Shown: positions 1 to 9,753, counted from the stretch's first letter. The stretch: DNA of 64,000 nt from an uncultured Candidatus Saccharibacteria bacterium (GCA_964491455.1 CAZBFM010000001.1:447868-511867), one strand, 5' to 3'. Program-made: numbers and translations. The notes: a model not told the origin generated them from the sequence alone.

Positions 1-270
1 CTGCGCAACATCAGGATGCACTGCTTCCAACTCTTTTCGTCGTACTCCTTGCGCTGCCCTCGCCTCTAGTACAGCACTCTCCACAAGCGTCAGCTCCTGG
101 GACTGAACAGCAACTTCAGGCGACTTCACCACTTCAATGCCCTTCAATCCAGCAGCGAGGCCATTATTGAATGGCTCGGGATCCGTCACGGATGCGAGAG
201 ACACGATTGGACGCATAGCCCGATAGGGAGGCACGGGAATCGTCAATTCGTCGAGAGAGTATTTCTTCAT
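1..270 (-). CDS. hypothetical protein, N-terminal 90 aa only; the gene continues beyond the window start
   Basis: Open minus-strand frame from ATG at 270-268 to position 1 with no stops (MKKYSLDELTIPVPPYRAMRPIVSLASVTDPEPFNNGLAAGLKGIEVVKS...). Its ATG overlaps the TGA stop of the upstream gene (ATGA overlap), which suggests translational coupling. Not in the ORF track because it is cut by the window edge. Confidence 0.4.
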   Translation of the reverse strand, partial: MKKYSLDELTIPVPPYRAMRPIVSLASVTDPEPFNNGLAAGLKGIEVVKSPEVAVQSQELTLVESAVLEARAAQGVRRKELEAVHPDVAQ

Positions 271-917
271 GTCGTTGTTGTTGGCGCATCGATCGATGCT
301 TTTAGTTCTGCAATTCTCTGCTTTCGCTGTAGTTCGCTCGCATCACTCATAGATTTTTCAATTTCAGATATTTTTGCCACGTAGAGCGATTTGAGCTTGC
401 GAAGGTTCTCGATAAGAACCTCGATGGATTCCTGTTCGAGCGGTGGTGCTTGCGCGCTATCAGGTGTAAGACCTTCAATGATCTCATCAGCATTGTAGTG
501 CGTGAGCATCGCATCGATGACTCTTAAACGTTCTCGATGTTCTTGTTCTTGCTGTGCAAATTCCTTTTTGTATTCATCCTCCATCGGGCTACCCGCTACC
601 ACGCTAGCGCGTTGATGAATATTAGCGTCTTCTACAATCTTGAATTCCGCTAATTCTGCCGCGCGCCATTGTGGTATCAACGGAAATAGACGAGAGGCTT
701 TCTCGCAAAGGTCCCGAATCAAGCCTTCATTTTTTGCATCAATAGCTGCAGCCAATTCACTATCGATTGCGTCAAATTGCTGTTTGTAAAAAAGTGCGGA
801 GCGCAACTCTTCTTGCTGCTCGTTTTCCTGTACCACGGCATCGAGCTGTGCAAGAACTTTCTCACTAGCTGCGAGCGCGTCGCTATTAGGGTCTTGTGAC
901 GTAGGGTCAATTGCCAT
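267..917 (-). CDS. hypothetical acidic coiled-coil protein (216 aa)
   Basis: Track ORF. Glu/Gln/Ala-rich with heptad-like repeats. No family recognised. Sits in a same-strand run with flanking genes. Confidence 0.5.
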   Translation of the reverse strand: MAIDPTSQDPNSDALAASEKVLAQLDAVVQENEQQEELRSALFYKQQFDAIDSELAAAIDAKNEGLIRDLCEKASRLFPLIPQWRAAELAEFKIVEDANIHQRASVVAGSPMEDEYKKEFAQQEQEHRERLRVIDAMLTHYNADEIIEGLTPDSAQAPPLEQESIEVLIENLRKLKSLYVAKISEIEKSMSDASELQRKQRIAELKASIDAPTTTT

Positions 918-976
918 TACCCCAAGTATACCCCGCCAACATCAATGCGCGAGTGAAATATGTTGACAACAACTAC

Positions 977-2116
977 CTACCCCATCCCCAGCAGCTTGCT
1001 GATTCCCGAAAAAATCCCAGCATCACCTACGCGGTCAGCCTCGCGAGAAGCACGCTTACTAATACTCACAAGTGCTGCGTGCGCAAGAGATGGCGCATGT
1101 TCGGTAGCATGTGAAATAGCATGAGAGATCTCTGCACGCTCTACAAGCGATGATAATTGAGCAATTTGCTTGCGCATCGTTATGCGTTGATCGACGCTTA
1201 ATCGATGTTGGACGTCGGCATATTTTGAAATTGCGCGCTGATGCGCATGAGCTACATCTAGAAATGACACACTGACCCCATTTGCGTCACCTCCACTACT
1301 AATCTCCGGGAGAGGCTGCTGTGGTCGCAAGAGTGCAGTCGCACGAGCCAGTAACTCCTCTCGTTCATCGCTGGTTAACCCACGCTTAGCAGCAACAGCT
1401 CGTTCGAATCGCTCGTAGGCTTCTTTCTTTTCTGTCCATGCAGCCACAAGTCCATCACGAAGGTCGCCCCTCGAACGCGGATTCGTCCGAATAAGATCAT
1501 ACGCTTGTATGAATGGTATCAGTCCTCGCTCAAACTTTCGCCACAGCTGATCTAATCGCTCAAGTGGCCGCAACTCGTGCAGCGGAGCCAACTGTTGGCG
1601 CACATACTCCACCGCTTCCTTAAATTGCCGACTCTCGGTATTCACCCCTCTCGCGTGCTCCAGAAGCGAGTCCTGTATTTCAGCATACAAACGCTCTCGC
1701 TGATCAGATATGACTCGATACTCGTCGACACTCAACGTACCGTCTCGAAATTCGACTTCTTTATGTCGAAGAAACTTTGCTTCAGCCTCAACGCGACGAC
1801 GCATGCGCTCCGTAAAATGAACAAAATCTGCCAACGCCTCTCCCTCGCGCTGATGAGCGATCGCATCATTGGGTGCCTCACGTCGCATGGTGTCTGTCGT
1901 ATTCTCCAAAACGCGCTGCAGTTCGACAATCTTTTCTCCAATCGCTTCGCCGCCCTCGAGGAGTCCGCTCTGCACATCTGCGAGGAGCGCCTCGAGACTA
2001 CGCCGCGCCTCATCAATGCGTTGGCGCGCCCCTCGCTCGCGCGCCTCTACCATCCGCATCTCGTCGGGCGATAGGAGTGGAGCTATGCGTTGCGGATCTT
2101 TTTCAGATGGCATCGT
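977..2116 (-). CDS. hypothetical coiled-coil protein (~380 aa)
   Basis: Track ORF 977..2281 trimmed to the internal Met (MPSEKDPQ...) so that it does not overlap the rnhA 3' end. Long Arg/Glu-rich helical sequence. No known motif. Confidence 0.5.
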   Translation of the reverse strand, partial: TMPSEKDPQRIAPLLSPDEMRMVEARERGARQRIDEARRSLEALLADVQSGLLEGGEAIGEKIVELQRVLENTTDTMRREAPNDAIAHQREGEALADFVHFTERMRRRVEAEAKFLRHKEVEFRDGTLSVDEYRVISDQRERLYAEIQDSLLEHARGVNTESRQFKEAVEYVRQQLAPLHELRPLERLDQLWRKFERGLIPFIQAYDLIRTNPRSRGDLRDGLVAAWTEKKEAYERFERAVAAKRGLTSDEREELLARATALLRPQQPLPEISSGGDANGVSVSFLDVAHAHQRAISKYADVQHRLSVDQRITMRKQIAQLSSLVERAEISHAISHATEHAPSLAHAALVSISKRASREADRVGDAGIFSGISKLLGMG

Positions 2117-2156
2117 GCCTCTAGTATACGCCAGACGCGCGGCATTCCCTACTGGA

Positions 2157-2594
2157 TTACTCCACAGAGGACTCGTGCTGATCAAGCGCTTCGTTAACCA
2201 TTCGATCCGCCTCCACATTGTGCTCTCTTCGCACATGATGAAACGTAACGGAGTGGAACGCCCGTTGCGACGACTGTACATTCAAAAAAAGCTCTTTGAG
2301 CGCCGCGTCTTTTACCTTATAGACACCCTGCATCTGTCGAACCACGAGCTCGCTATCTGACTTTACATCAACGTGCGCCTCGCTGGATCGATCTGCACCA
2401 AGAAGTGACTTGAGATGCTGCAGCGCAAGAATCACCGCAGTATATTCTGCGACGTTGTTTGTTTGCACGCCCAGAAATACACCCTGATGCACCGGTTTGA
2501 TATCATGACCCTCAATTACATACCCAGAAGCGGCAGGCCCTGGATTACCACGAGAACCGCCGTCGGTGTGAATAGTATAGGTTGATTGCGTCAT
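2157..2594 (-). CDS. rnhA: ribonuclease HI
   Basis: Motifs TDGGSRGNPGPAASG and NNVAEYTA, and the size (145 aa), are typical of RNase H1. Confidence 0.85.
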   Translation of the reverse strand: MTQSTYTIHTDGGSRGNPGPAASGYVIEGHDIKPVHQGVFLGVQTNNVAEYTAVILALQHLKSLLGADRSSEAHVDVKSDSELVVRQMQGVYKVKDAALKELFLNVQSSQRAFHSVTFHHVRREHNVEADRMVNEALDQHESSVE

Positions 2595-2606
2595 AAAAGT
2601 AATTGA

Positions 2607-3698
2607 CTACCTCGCTTCTTGCTTCCGCTCAAGCGCAGCAAGACCGGGAAGTTTTTGTCCGGCCAAAAATGCTAACATCGCACCTCCTCCCGTTGAAACA
2701 AATGAAAATGAATCCAAAATGCCCAGCTGATGCACCGCGGCAATTGTATCTCCTCCACCAATAATAGACTCTGCACTGCTTTCCGCGATAGCTCGCGCAA
2801 TTGTTTCTGTTCCCGCCATAAATCGTTCTTGTTCAAATTTCCCAAAGGGACCATTCCAAACCACGCATGACGCGCTTGCTATTAATTGTGCGCACAGGCG
2901 AGCGGATTGCGGACCCACATCCATATACATGCCATTGTCGATTTCAAAATCAGTTGGGTACACAAGACGCACATCGTTGAGATCCAAGCCTTCAACCGAT
3001 GCGTGCGTGTCATCATCGACACGAGAGGCGCCTATATCAATGCCGCGCTCCTTGAGGAGTCCGTTGGCAACCACACCACCCACCACGAGATGCTCGGCAC
3101 ATGGAAGCAAGTTCTGGATCACTGGAATTTTTGTGCTCGTCTTCGCACCTCCCATGATAATCACCTTTCCTTTTGCTGGCGTCGTCAGCACACGTCCAAG
3201 TCGCTCTACTTCATCGACGACCACTGGTCCAGCGTACGAAGTGACATGACGCGTGATTGCATCAACGGATGCATGCGCGCGGTGACACACCGCAAATGCA
3301 TTATTGATGTACACATCGCATTCACGTGCAAGCGATGCCGCAAATGTATCGTCATTGATAATCTCCCCATCAAATTGACGAACGTTCTCCAGCACTGCGA
3401 TCGGATCGGTTCCGCCCCAAAACGCCGCAAGCTCATCGAGCGTGCGGCAGAATACCAAAGGACGACCGACGAGTTGAGAGAGCTGTCCAAGCAGCGGCTC
3501 AAACGAAGGCACAGCGCCGATGTGTGCCACGAGAGCAACGCGGGCACCACCGTCGACGAGCTGGTCGATGAGCGCCTTCTGACGATCGATGCGAAACGAT
3601 TCTTCAATCGCACCATCCTCCGCTATGGGAACATCAAAATCAGCTCGTACGAGCACGCGGAGATTCGCGAGCACAGGAAGATCAAGTAGCGTTTTCAT
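2607..3698 (-). CDS. pgk: phosphoglycerate kinase
   Basis: VRADFDVP, NNAFAVCHRAHAS, WNGPFGKFE, GGGDT and STGGGAMLAFLAG motifs. Overlaps tpiA by 4 bp. Confidence 0.9.
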   Translation of the reverse strand: MKTLLDLPVLANLRVLVRADFDVPIAEDGAIEESFRIDRQKALIDQLVDGGARVALVAHIGAVPSFEPLLGQLSQLVGRPLVFCRTLDELAAFWGGTDPIAVLENVRQFDGEIINDDTFAASLARECDVYINNAFAVCHRAHASVDAITRHVTSYAGPVVVDEVERLGRVLTTPAKGKVIIMGGAKTSTKIPVIQNLLPCAEHLVVGGVVANGLLKERGIDIGASRVDDDTHASVEGLDLNDVRLVYPTDFEIDNGMYMDVGPQSARLCAQLIASASCVVWNGPFGKFEQERFMAGTETIARAIAESSAESIIGGGDTIAAVHQLGILDSFSFVSTGGGAMLAFLAGQKLPGLAALERKQEAR

Positions 3699-4420
3699 AA
3701 TATAGTTGCTGCAATTGAAATGATCTGACTCACATCATCGGGTCGCACGCTCGCTCCACCGACGAGTACACCGCCAACCTCAGAGCGCTCAAGAAAACTT
3801 ACCACATTACCGGGAGTAATAGAGCCGCCATACAGATAGGTTGAGTGAGAGACGTTACAGTGATCAGCTATCGTCTCCCGTATAACATTCATCGACGCCA
3901 CCGCGCTAGCGGGAGTGTCAGGCTTCGCATCAGATTGGGTGCTAATAGCCCAAACGGGCTCGTACGCAATCAAGCACTGCAATACTTGCCCTTCGGTGAG
4001 CCCTTTCAGCGTCGCAACGGTTTGCGCAACGAGTTCATCGCGCCAGCCATCTGATCGGGAGCGCTCTCCGAAGCACACAATTGGTTGCAACCCAGCCGCC
4101 AGCGCGTCATGCAATTTAGTATTTGTCACCTCGTCTGAATCACCCGCCCTCCAGCGCCGATCGCTGTGACCGATAATCACATACTGAGCACCAGCCCCGG
4201 AAAGATCCTCGCTCATATCTTGAGCACCAAGTGCAAGTGAGTCATTGTTTCCAATGGCAGCAGCAACTGCTGTGCGATATTCGGGTCGCGGACAAACGAC
4301 ATACCGGATTTGCGATACATCAATAGCGCCCAAGCAGGTCTTCGTGTGATCAAGTAACGCCATCGCCTGTTCGATCGTTTCAGGCAACTGCTTCCAATTT
4401 GCGATAATGAGCTTGGTCAT
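3695..4420 (-). CDS. tpiA: triosephosphate isomerase
   Basis: IANWK, IIGHSDRR, CFGE, YEPVWAI and GGSITPGNV motifs. Confidence 0.9.
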   Translation of the reverse strand: MTKLIIANWKQLPETIEQAMALLDHTKTCLGAIDVSQIRYVVCPRPEYRTAVAAAIGNNDSLALGAQDMSEDLSGAGAQYVIIGHSDRRWRAGDSDEVTNTKLHDALAAGLQPIVCFGERSRSDGWRDELVAQTVATLKGLTEGQVLQCLIAYEPVWAISTQSDAKPDTPASAVASMNVIRETIADHCNVSHSTYLYGGSITPGNVVSFLERSEVGGVLVGGASVRPDDVSQIISIAATIL

Positions 4421-5439
4421 GATTGCACGCTCCGAAGATGCTGCGCGGCATCATCAGGATCAAACGGATTTAAATAAATAGCCGTCGACAGCTCAAATCC
4501 CGCCGCGATAGGAATACGCGGTGTAATCACGATATGCCAGCGATAGTAGTCGTACACGATGAGCGGATCTCGCTCCACGGGAGCTGTGTGCAGATAAAAA
4601 TTGTAATCAACATTATCGAGCGCAACAAAAAGCGCCTTAAGCACACCATTGAGTGCCTGCGCGCATGCCAATAGCTGCGCAGCGGTTGCCGTCTCAAATC
4701 GCGACTGCTCGTACTTGGGGAAGATACGAACCTCATATCCCGCCTTCGATGCGTACGGACAAAACGCGATGAACAGCTCATTCTCGAACACGACACGTCC
4801 ACGATGGCGCATCTCAAAATCAATAATCTCCTGATGCACCGTCTTACCATGCTGCTGAAAATACTCATCAGCACTCTGAAGTGACTGCAAAACGATTGGC
4901 GGGACAAATGGCGTTGAAATAATCTGCGAGTGATTATGCGCGACGCTCGCACCTGCAGCGCGACCATGATTGTGGAAGATACTCACGTACTCGCCGCACG
5001 AATCAGCAGAGATTTGCTCATACCGATTCCTGTACGCCATCAGCACTTCTTGCGTTTGCTCTGGAGAAAATTGAGCAAAATGCGATTCGTGATCGCGCGT
5101 AATAACTAATTCATGAAATCCGAATGCTTCGTGAGCAAGATAGACACCCTCGGCGCGAGGAGCTCCACAGACACCCGATTGCAAGGCGGGATATTTATTC
5201 TTGATAACCGCAGTCGTCCAGGGTTGCTGCCAATCTCCCGACCACTCAACAGGCGCGCCCTGATTGTAGAGCGCAATGGGATTGGATTGCTTGTGGAGAT
5301 TGCTCGGCTCAAAAAAACACTGCTCAATCGATTGTGTCAAAACATCACGAGCTCCGTCATGAGGACGCTTTGCGCGCAAACTCGAAATCAACACCCACTC
5401 ACCAGTACCGATATCTTTTCGAAATTCGTTGACTGCCAT
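4417..5439 (-). CDS. GalT-like hexose-1-phosphate uridylyltransferase / HIT-family nucleotidyltransferase
   Basis: HNHGRAAGASVAHNHSQI matches the GalT HxHxQ active-site region. Start moved to the internal Met (MAVNEFRKD...) at 5439 to avoid overlapping the upstream gene. Confidence 0.7.
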   Translation of the reverse strand: MAVNEFRKDIGTGEWVLISSLRAKRPHDGARDVLTQSIEQCFFEPSNLHKQSNPIALYNQGAPVEWSGDWQQPWTTAVIKNKYPALQSGVCGAPRAEGVYLAHEAFGFHELVITRDHESHFAQFSPEQTQEVLMAYRNRYEQISADSCGEYVSIFHNHGRAAGASVAHNHSQIISTPFVPPIVLQSLQSADEYFQQHGKTVHQEIIDFEMRHRGRVVFENELFIAFCPYASKAGYEVRIFPKYEQSRFETATAAQLLACAQALNGVLKALFVALDNVDYNFYLHTAPVERDPLIVYDYYRWHIVITPRIPIAAGFELSTAIYLNPFDPDDAAQHLRSVQS

Positions 5440-5444
5440 GAGTG

Positions 5445-6164
5445 TTATCGGTACCGACGGAATAATCGTCGCATGCCAACCTTTACCGTATCGATGAGCA
5501 CCTTCGGATACGCCCATACATTTACATGAGTCTCCGGCGGATTATTCCAAATCACCGGAATCTCAGCGATACTCAATTTTCGTTGTCGCGCACACGCGAG
5601 TACATCCACATCAAAACCCCAGCCGTAGATCGCAAGTCGGGTAAAAATCTCTTGTGCCGCTTTTGCGGTGAACGCCTTGAATCCTCGCTGTGTGTCCCAA
5701 ATACCAGGCACCGCCCAAAACTGAATCCACAGATTGCCTGCTTTTCCGAGCAGCTGCCGCCAGAGCGGCTCCGCACCACCCGAGACAACACGAGCTCCTT
5801 TGATTGCGAGCGAGCCGATCACCACTTCAATGCCCCTATCAAACAAGGGCTTCATCGACGAGAACTGATCCACGGTCGTGCTGTTGTCAGCATCCATGAA
5901 TAATCGCACATCTCCTGTGGCGGCGAGCATTCCCGCAGTTACCGCGTACCCCTTGCCCGCGCGGTCTTCTTGCACGAGACGCAGTGAAGGAAACTGATGC
6001 ATCATCGAGCGGACAATATCGGCAGTAGCGTCCTTAGATCGATTATCCACAACAATCACTTCGCTCTCAAACGATTGCCCCGCGAGCCACGAACAAACCG
6101 CCTGCACCGTAGAGCCGATTCGCTTCGCCTCGTTGTACGCTGGAATGATGACAGATAGATACAT
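5445..6164 (-). CDS. family 2 glycosyltransferase (dolichyl-phosphate mannosyltransferase-like)
   Basis: SVIIPAYNEAKRI, VVDNRSKD and DADNS(T) are GT-A fold DxD-type motifs. Start at the internal Met (MYLSVIIPAYNE). Confidence 0.75.
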   Translation of the reverse strand: MYLSVIIPAYNEAKRIGSTVQAVCSWLAGQSFESEVIVVDNRSKDATADIVRSMMHQFPSLRLVQEDRAGKGYAVTAGMLAATGDVRLFMDADNSTTVDQFSSMKPLFDRGIEVVIGSLAIKGARVVSGGAEPLWRQLLGKAGNLWIQFWAVPGIWDTQRGFKAFTAKAAQEIFTRLAIYGWGFDVDVLACARQRKLSIAEIPVIWNNPPETHVNVWAYPKVLIDTVKVGMRRLFRRYR

Positions 6165-6205
6165 AGTGCGCTCATGATAGCGCACCTGCGCCGTTCACGC
6201 GAATA

Positions 6206-6234
6206 TTGACATTATTGATTTTCTACGTCACAAT
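6206..6234 (+). promoter_or_regulatory. sigma70-like promoter TTGACA-17-CACAAT upstream of the 63-aa gene
   Basis: TTGACA at 6206-6211, a 17-nt spacer, and a -10-like CACAAT at 6229-6234. Confidence 0.35.
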
Positions 6235-6261
6235 GTATCCTACGCACATGGGGAGGACGAA

Positions 6262-6453
6262 ATGCTCATTCGATTTCGCCGTCACGAATTCGAGAAGAAA
6301 ACCGGACTGTCGTGGTTTAGACACATCACGTTCCAGCTGTTTGGGGAATTGAAAATCTTCATCTGGCTTTGGGGGATCTTGTTCGTTTGTCAGGTAGCAT
6401 TCTGGGGTGTGCTCCTTTACGTTCTCGCGCATTTCATCGTGAAAAACTGGTAG
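6262..6453 (+). CDS. small membrane protein (63 aa, one C-terminal TM helix)
   Basis: SD GGGAGG at 6251-6256 lies 5 nt before the ATG. Hydrophobic C-terminus IFIWLWGILFVCQVAFWGVLLYVLAHFIV. Followed by a hairpin terminator. Confidence 0.45.
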   Translation: MLIRFRRHEFEKKTGLSWFRHITFQLFGELKIFIWLWGILFVCQVAFWGVLLYVLAHFIVKNW

Positions 6454-6460
6454 AACGTGG

Positions 6461-6484
6461 GCCGGCAAGTCGCCGGCTTTTTTC
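6461..6484 (+). terminator. rho-independent terminator (GCCGGC aagtc GCCGGC + T7)
   Basis: Perfect 6-bp stem followed by TTTTTTTC, 8 nt after the stop of the 63-aa gene. Confidence 0.55.
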
Positions 6485-6492
6485 TTCTCAAT

Positions 6493-6521
6493 TTGACACA
6501 ATTGGTCTCCTTCCATACTAT
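6493..6521 (+). promoter_or_regulatory. consensus sigma70 promoter TTGACA-17-TACTAT for dprA
   Basis: -35 at 6493-6498 and -10 at 6516-6521. The dprA ATG at 6533 lies ~5-6 nt after the predicted TSS, so the mRNA is near-leaderless. Confidence 0.5.
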
Positions 6522-6532
6522 ATGCAACCGCA

Positions 6533-7420
6533 ATGCCCACCGACGATATTGTCATTCTCCAACGAAGCGATGCTTCCTATCCGGAACTCCTCGCACAAAT
6601 TGCGGATCCACCAGAGCAATTGTACATTCGTGGCAACCAAACGTTGCTGGATTCATTTTGTTTTGCAGTCGTTGGCACACGAAAAGCGAGCGATTATGGC
6701 CTCCACGTCACCGATGAAATGGTAGGAACACTTGCTTCCAATGGCCTCACTATTGTAAGCGGGCTCGCGATGGGTATCGACGCCGCAGCTCATCGCGCGA
6801 CGTTAAACGCCAATGGAAAGACCATCGCCGTGTTTGGTACGGGCGTCGATGACGCCAGTATTTACCCGAGCGATCACGTGAAGCTCGCACACGAAATTCT
6901 GCACCATGATGGCCTCCTCGTGAGCGAGTATCCGCCCGGCACTCACGGTCAGGTATTCACCTTTCCTGCACGCAATAGAATTATTTCGGGACTCTCGCGC
7001 GGAGTGCTCGTTGTGGAAGCAGACCGCAAATCTGGTTCGCTCATCACTGCCAACTGCGCACTTGATCAAAACCGCGATGTCTTCGCCGTTCCTGGAAGCA
7101 TCTACTGGCCTCGCTCCATAGGCTCCAACCTATTAATCCAGCAGGGTGCACGGCCAGCGCTGAACGCCACCGATATTCTTGAGTCGTACAAATTGCGACA
7201 GGTTGCACTCCCCGAACAGGTTATGTCCACATCAGATCCCGTGCAGGAGTGTATACTAGCACTACTGCGCGAACACGGCCCTTTGCATACCGAAGAGCTC
7301 GCCACACGCAGTGGCACTTCGATCCCTCTCATCTTATCGGCGCTTACACTCCTCGAGCTTCGCGACATCATTCATCATCAGGGCGGTGGCATCTATAAAC
7401 TTCTATCTCATACACCATGA
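6533..7420 (+). CDS. dprA: DNA processing protein A (Smf)
   Basis: Rossmann-like DprA core: VVGTRKAS, GLAMGIDAAAHRATL, TIAVFGTGVD and FPARNRIISGLS. Confidence 0.85.
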   Translation: MPTDDIVILQRSDASYPELLAQIADPPEQLYIRGNQTLLDSFCFAVVGTRKASDYGLHVTDEMVGTLASNGLTIVSGLAMGIDAAAHRATLNANGKTIAVFGTGVDDASIYPSDHVKLAHEILHHDGLLVSEYPPGTHGQVFTFPARNRIISGLSRGVLVVEADRKSGSLITANCALDQNRDVFAVPGSIYWPRSIGSNLLIQQGARPALNATDILESYKLRQVALPEQVMSTSDPVQECILALLREHGPLHTEELATRSGTSIPLILSALTLLELRDIIHHQGGGIYKLLSHTP

Positions 7421-9447
7421 AACTCGTCATCGTAGAGTCCCCCACAAAAGCCCGCACTATTTCCCAATACCTTGGGGATGAGTATGTCGTACGCTCAAGC
7501 TACGGCCACGTTCGCGACCTTCCAAAATCAGAGCTCGGCATCGACACTGAAAAAGAATTTCAGCCTACCTATATCGTACCCACCAAAGCAAAGAAGAACC
7601 TTACTGAGCTCAAGAAAGAAGCAGCGAAAGCCGATACGATTATTCTGGCAACTGATGAAGACCGCGAAGGAGAAGCGATTGCGTGGCATCTTTCAGCGGC
7701 ACTGGATATCAAGAAGCTCACCAAAAAGAACAAGGACCTCAAAGTCCAGCGCATCGTGTTCCATGAAATTACCAAGCACGCCATTGAGCATGCGATTGAG
7801 CACCCTCGCGAAGTCGACATCAACCTCGTCAACGCCCAACAGGCGCGTCGCGTCCTTGATAGACTCGTAGGTTACAAACTCTCACCGGTACTCTGGAAGC
7901 GCTACTATCGGGGTCTTTCAGCGGGTCGTGTGCAATCAGTTGCCACGCGACTCATCGTGGATCGCGAGCGAGAGATTACCGCGTTCAAACCCGACGAATA
8001 CTGGACACTTACCGCCACCCTCATTTCCGCCGATCACAAAGACGTACCCATCATCGCCGAACTTACCCAGCGCGATGGAAAGGCATTAGATAAATTCGCG
8101 ATACCCGACGAGATTACCTCCAAGAAAACAATATTAGCCCTTGAGGGCGCCTCCTACGTTGTCGCCAACGTCGATCGCACCGAAACCTCGCGCATGCCTC
8201 ATGCACCATTTACCACATCAACTCTCCAGCAAGAAGCCAACAAACGTCTTCGCTATTCCAGTAAGCAAACTATGATGTTTGCCCAAGGCCTCTATGAAGC
8301 CGGCTACATCACCTACATGCGTACTGACTCGGTGAACCTCTCCGAGCAATCTATGGCGCAATCAAAAACATTTATTGAATCGACATTTGGTCCTTCGTTT
8401 TACAAGCGACGCAAATTCAAATCAAAATCCAAAAACGCGCAAGAAGCGCACGAGGCAGTCCGCCCAACCGACCCCGCTCGCACCCCAGAAAGCATGGAGT
8501 CGACACTGTCGCCACAACAACACAAACTCTACGACCTCATTTGGCGCCGGTTTATGGCGTCGCAAATGGCGGATGCTATCTTTGACGCTACCGCCATCGA
8601 TATCACCGCAAAAAACTACGGATTCCGCGCAAACGGTTCCGTACTCAAGTTCGATGGTTGGCTCAAAGTATTGCCCTCAAAATTTGAAGACAATGCACTC
8701 CCACTCGTGAAAGCAGATCAAGAGCTCGCACTCGAAGAGCTCAAACCAGAACAGCACTTCACCAAACCACCTGCACGCTTCAATGAAGCATCGCTCATCA
8801 AAACCCTCGAAAAGGAAGGTATTGGTCGCCCAAGCACCTATGCGTCGATTATCTCCACCATCATCGCAAGAAAGTATGTCGAGAAAGATCGCTCGCGCTA
8901 TTTCCATCCGACACAAATCGGTCTTGATGTGAGCGACTATCTCGTTGAGCAGTTCCCGCGCATCGTCGATATGAAATTCACATCCGGCATGGAAGACCAA
9001 CTCGATGAAATTGCATCGGGTGATCGCCAATGGATCCCTACGATTCGCGCCTTCTACGCACCACTCGCGCTCAACATCAAAGAGAAGATGACCGAAGCGC
9101 AAGCCGCAAAGGATTCGGAAGTGGAAACCACGGACAAGATCTGTGACAAGTGCGGCAGCACGATGGTGGTCAAGCGAGGTCGCTTCGGCAAATTCATCGC
9201 CTGCTCAAACTTCCCCGAGTGCAAGAACATCTTCAAAGAACCTAAATCAACCGCACCCGTTGAGAAGGTCGGCCGTGTCTGCCCTAAGGATGGCGGCGAG
9301 CTCATCTACCGCGCGGGACGATTCGGCAAATTCATCGCCTGCGTCAACTTCCCCACCTGCAAGCACACCGAAAAAATCAAAAAAGACGCTGACGATACCG
9401 CCACTCCGGGAACTCCTTCGCCAGATACAAAAAAAGAGGACCGGTAA
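7417..9447 (+). CDS. topA: DNA topoisomerase I
   Basis: Toprim N-terminus (MKLVIVESPTKARTI, YGHVRDLP) and the active-site region. C-terminal zinc ribbons (CDKCGSTMVVKRGRFGKFIACSNFPEC, repeated). Confidence 0.95.
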   Translation: MKLVIVESPTKARTISQYLGDEYVVRSSYGHVRDLPKSELGIDTEKEFQPTYIVPTKAKKNLTELKKEAAKADTIILATDEDREGEAIAWHLSAALDIKKLTKKNKDLKVQRIVFHEITKHAIEHAIEHPREVDINLVNAQQARRVLDRLVGYKLSPVLWKRYYRGLSAGRVQSVATRLIVDREREITAFKPDEYWTLTATLISADHKDVPIIAELTQRDGKALDKFAIPDEITSKKTILALEGASYVVANVDRTETSRMPHAPFTTSTLQQEANKRLRYSSKQTMMFAQGLYEAGYITYMRTDSVNLSEQSMAQSKTFIESTFGPSFYKRRKFKSKSKNAQEAHEAVRPTDPARTPESMESTLSPQQHKLYDLIWRRFMASQMADAIFDATAIDITAKNYGFRANGSVLKFDGWLKVLPSKFEDNALPLVKADQELALEELKPEQHFTKPPARFNEASLIKTLEKEGIGRPSTYASIISTIIARKYVEKDRSRYFHPTQIGLDVSDYLVEQFPRIVDMKFTSGMEDQLDEIASGDRQWIPTIRAFYAPLALNIKEKMTEAQAAKDSEVETTDKICDKCGSTMVVKRGRFGKFIACSNFPECKNIFKEPKSTAPVEKVGRVCPKDGGELIYRAGRFGKFIACVNFPTCKHTEKIKKDADDTATPGTPSPDTKKEDR

Positions 9448-9465
9448 TCGGTCCTCTGGCACGAT

Positions 9466-9753
9466 CTACTCCTCAGTGTCTCTAAATGAAAGCCGGCGTG
9501 CAACGCAGAAACTTCTGATGAATTGCTGGAGACGACTTTCATCGTAGTAGGGAACCGTAACTTCGAGATGCCATACGTTTGCTGCGTTTACGTAGTAGCG
9601 ATCAACGGCTTGGAAATCCATATTGCCCTCACTACTCGGAATGGCAAATGTCTCACCAAATTCGATCATGAATTCCCAGACACTCTCCTTGGGCAGAACA
9701 ATGTCATAGGTAATCTGTCGCCCATAAATGCGCACCTGCTCTTGTTGTGCCAT
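9466..9753 (-). CDS. hypothetical small protein (95 aa)
   Basis: Strong SD AAGGAGG lies 4-5 nt before the ATG. A consensus promoter sits upstream. No family recognised. Confidence 0.55.
   Translation of the reverse strand: MAQQEQVRIYGRQITYDIVLPKESVWEFMIEFGETFAIPSSEGNMDFQAVDRYYVNAANVWHLEVTVPYYDESRLQQFIRSFCVARRLSFRDTEE

Noticed and set aside
1577-3689. Multiple plus-strand ORFs (1577..2074, 1869..2360, 2886..3689, 2929..3249) antisense to the coiled-coil gene, rnhA and pgk
   Set aside because: They lie entirely inside well-supported minus-strand genes. Their composition is Arg/Ser/Cys-rich, as expected from antisense reading of GC-rich coding DNA.
6223-6555. 110-aa minus-strand ORF antisense to the 63-aa gene and the dprA promoter
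   Set aside because: It spans a terminator hairpin and a consensus promoter of plus-strand genes and has no expression signals of its own. It is regarded as spurious.
8375-9547. Internal or antisense ORFs within topA (8375..8710, 8677..9102, 9143..9547)
   Set aside because: They overlap the conserved topA reading frame and have no independent signals.
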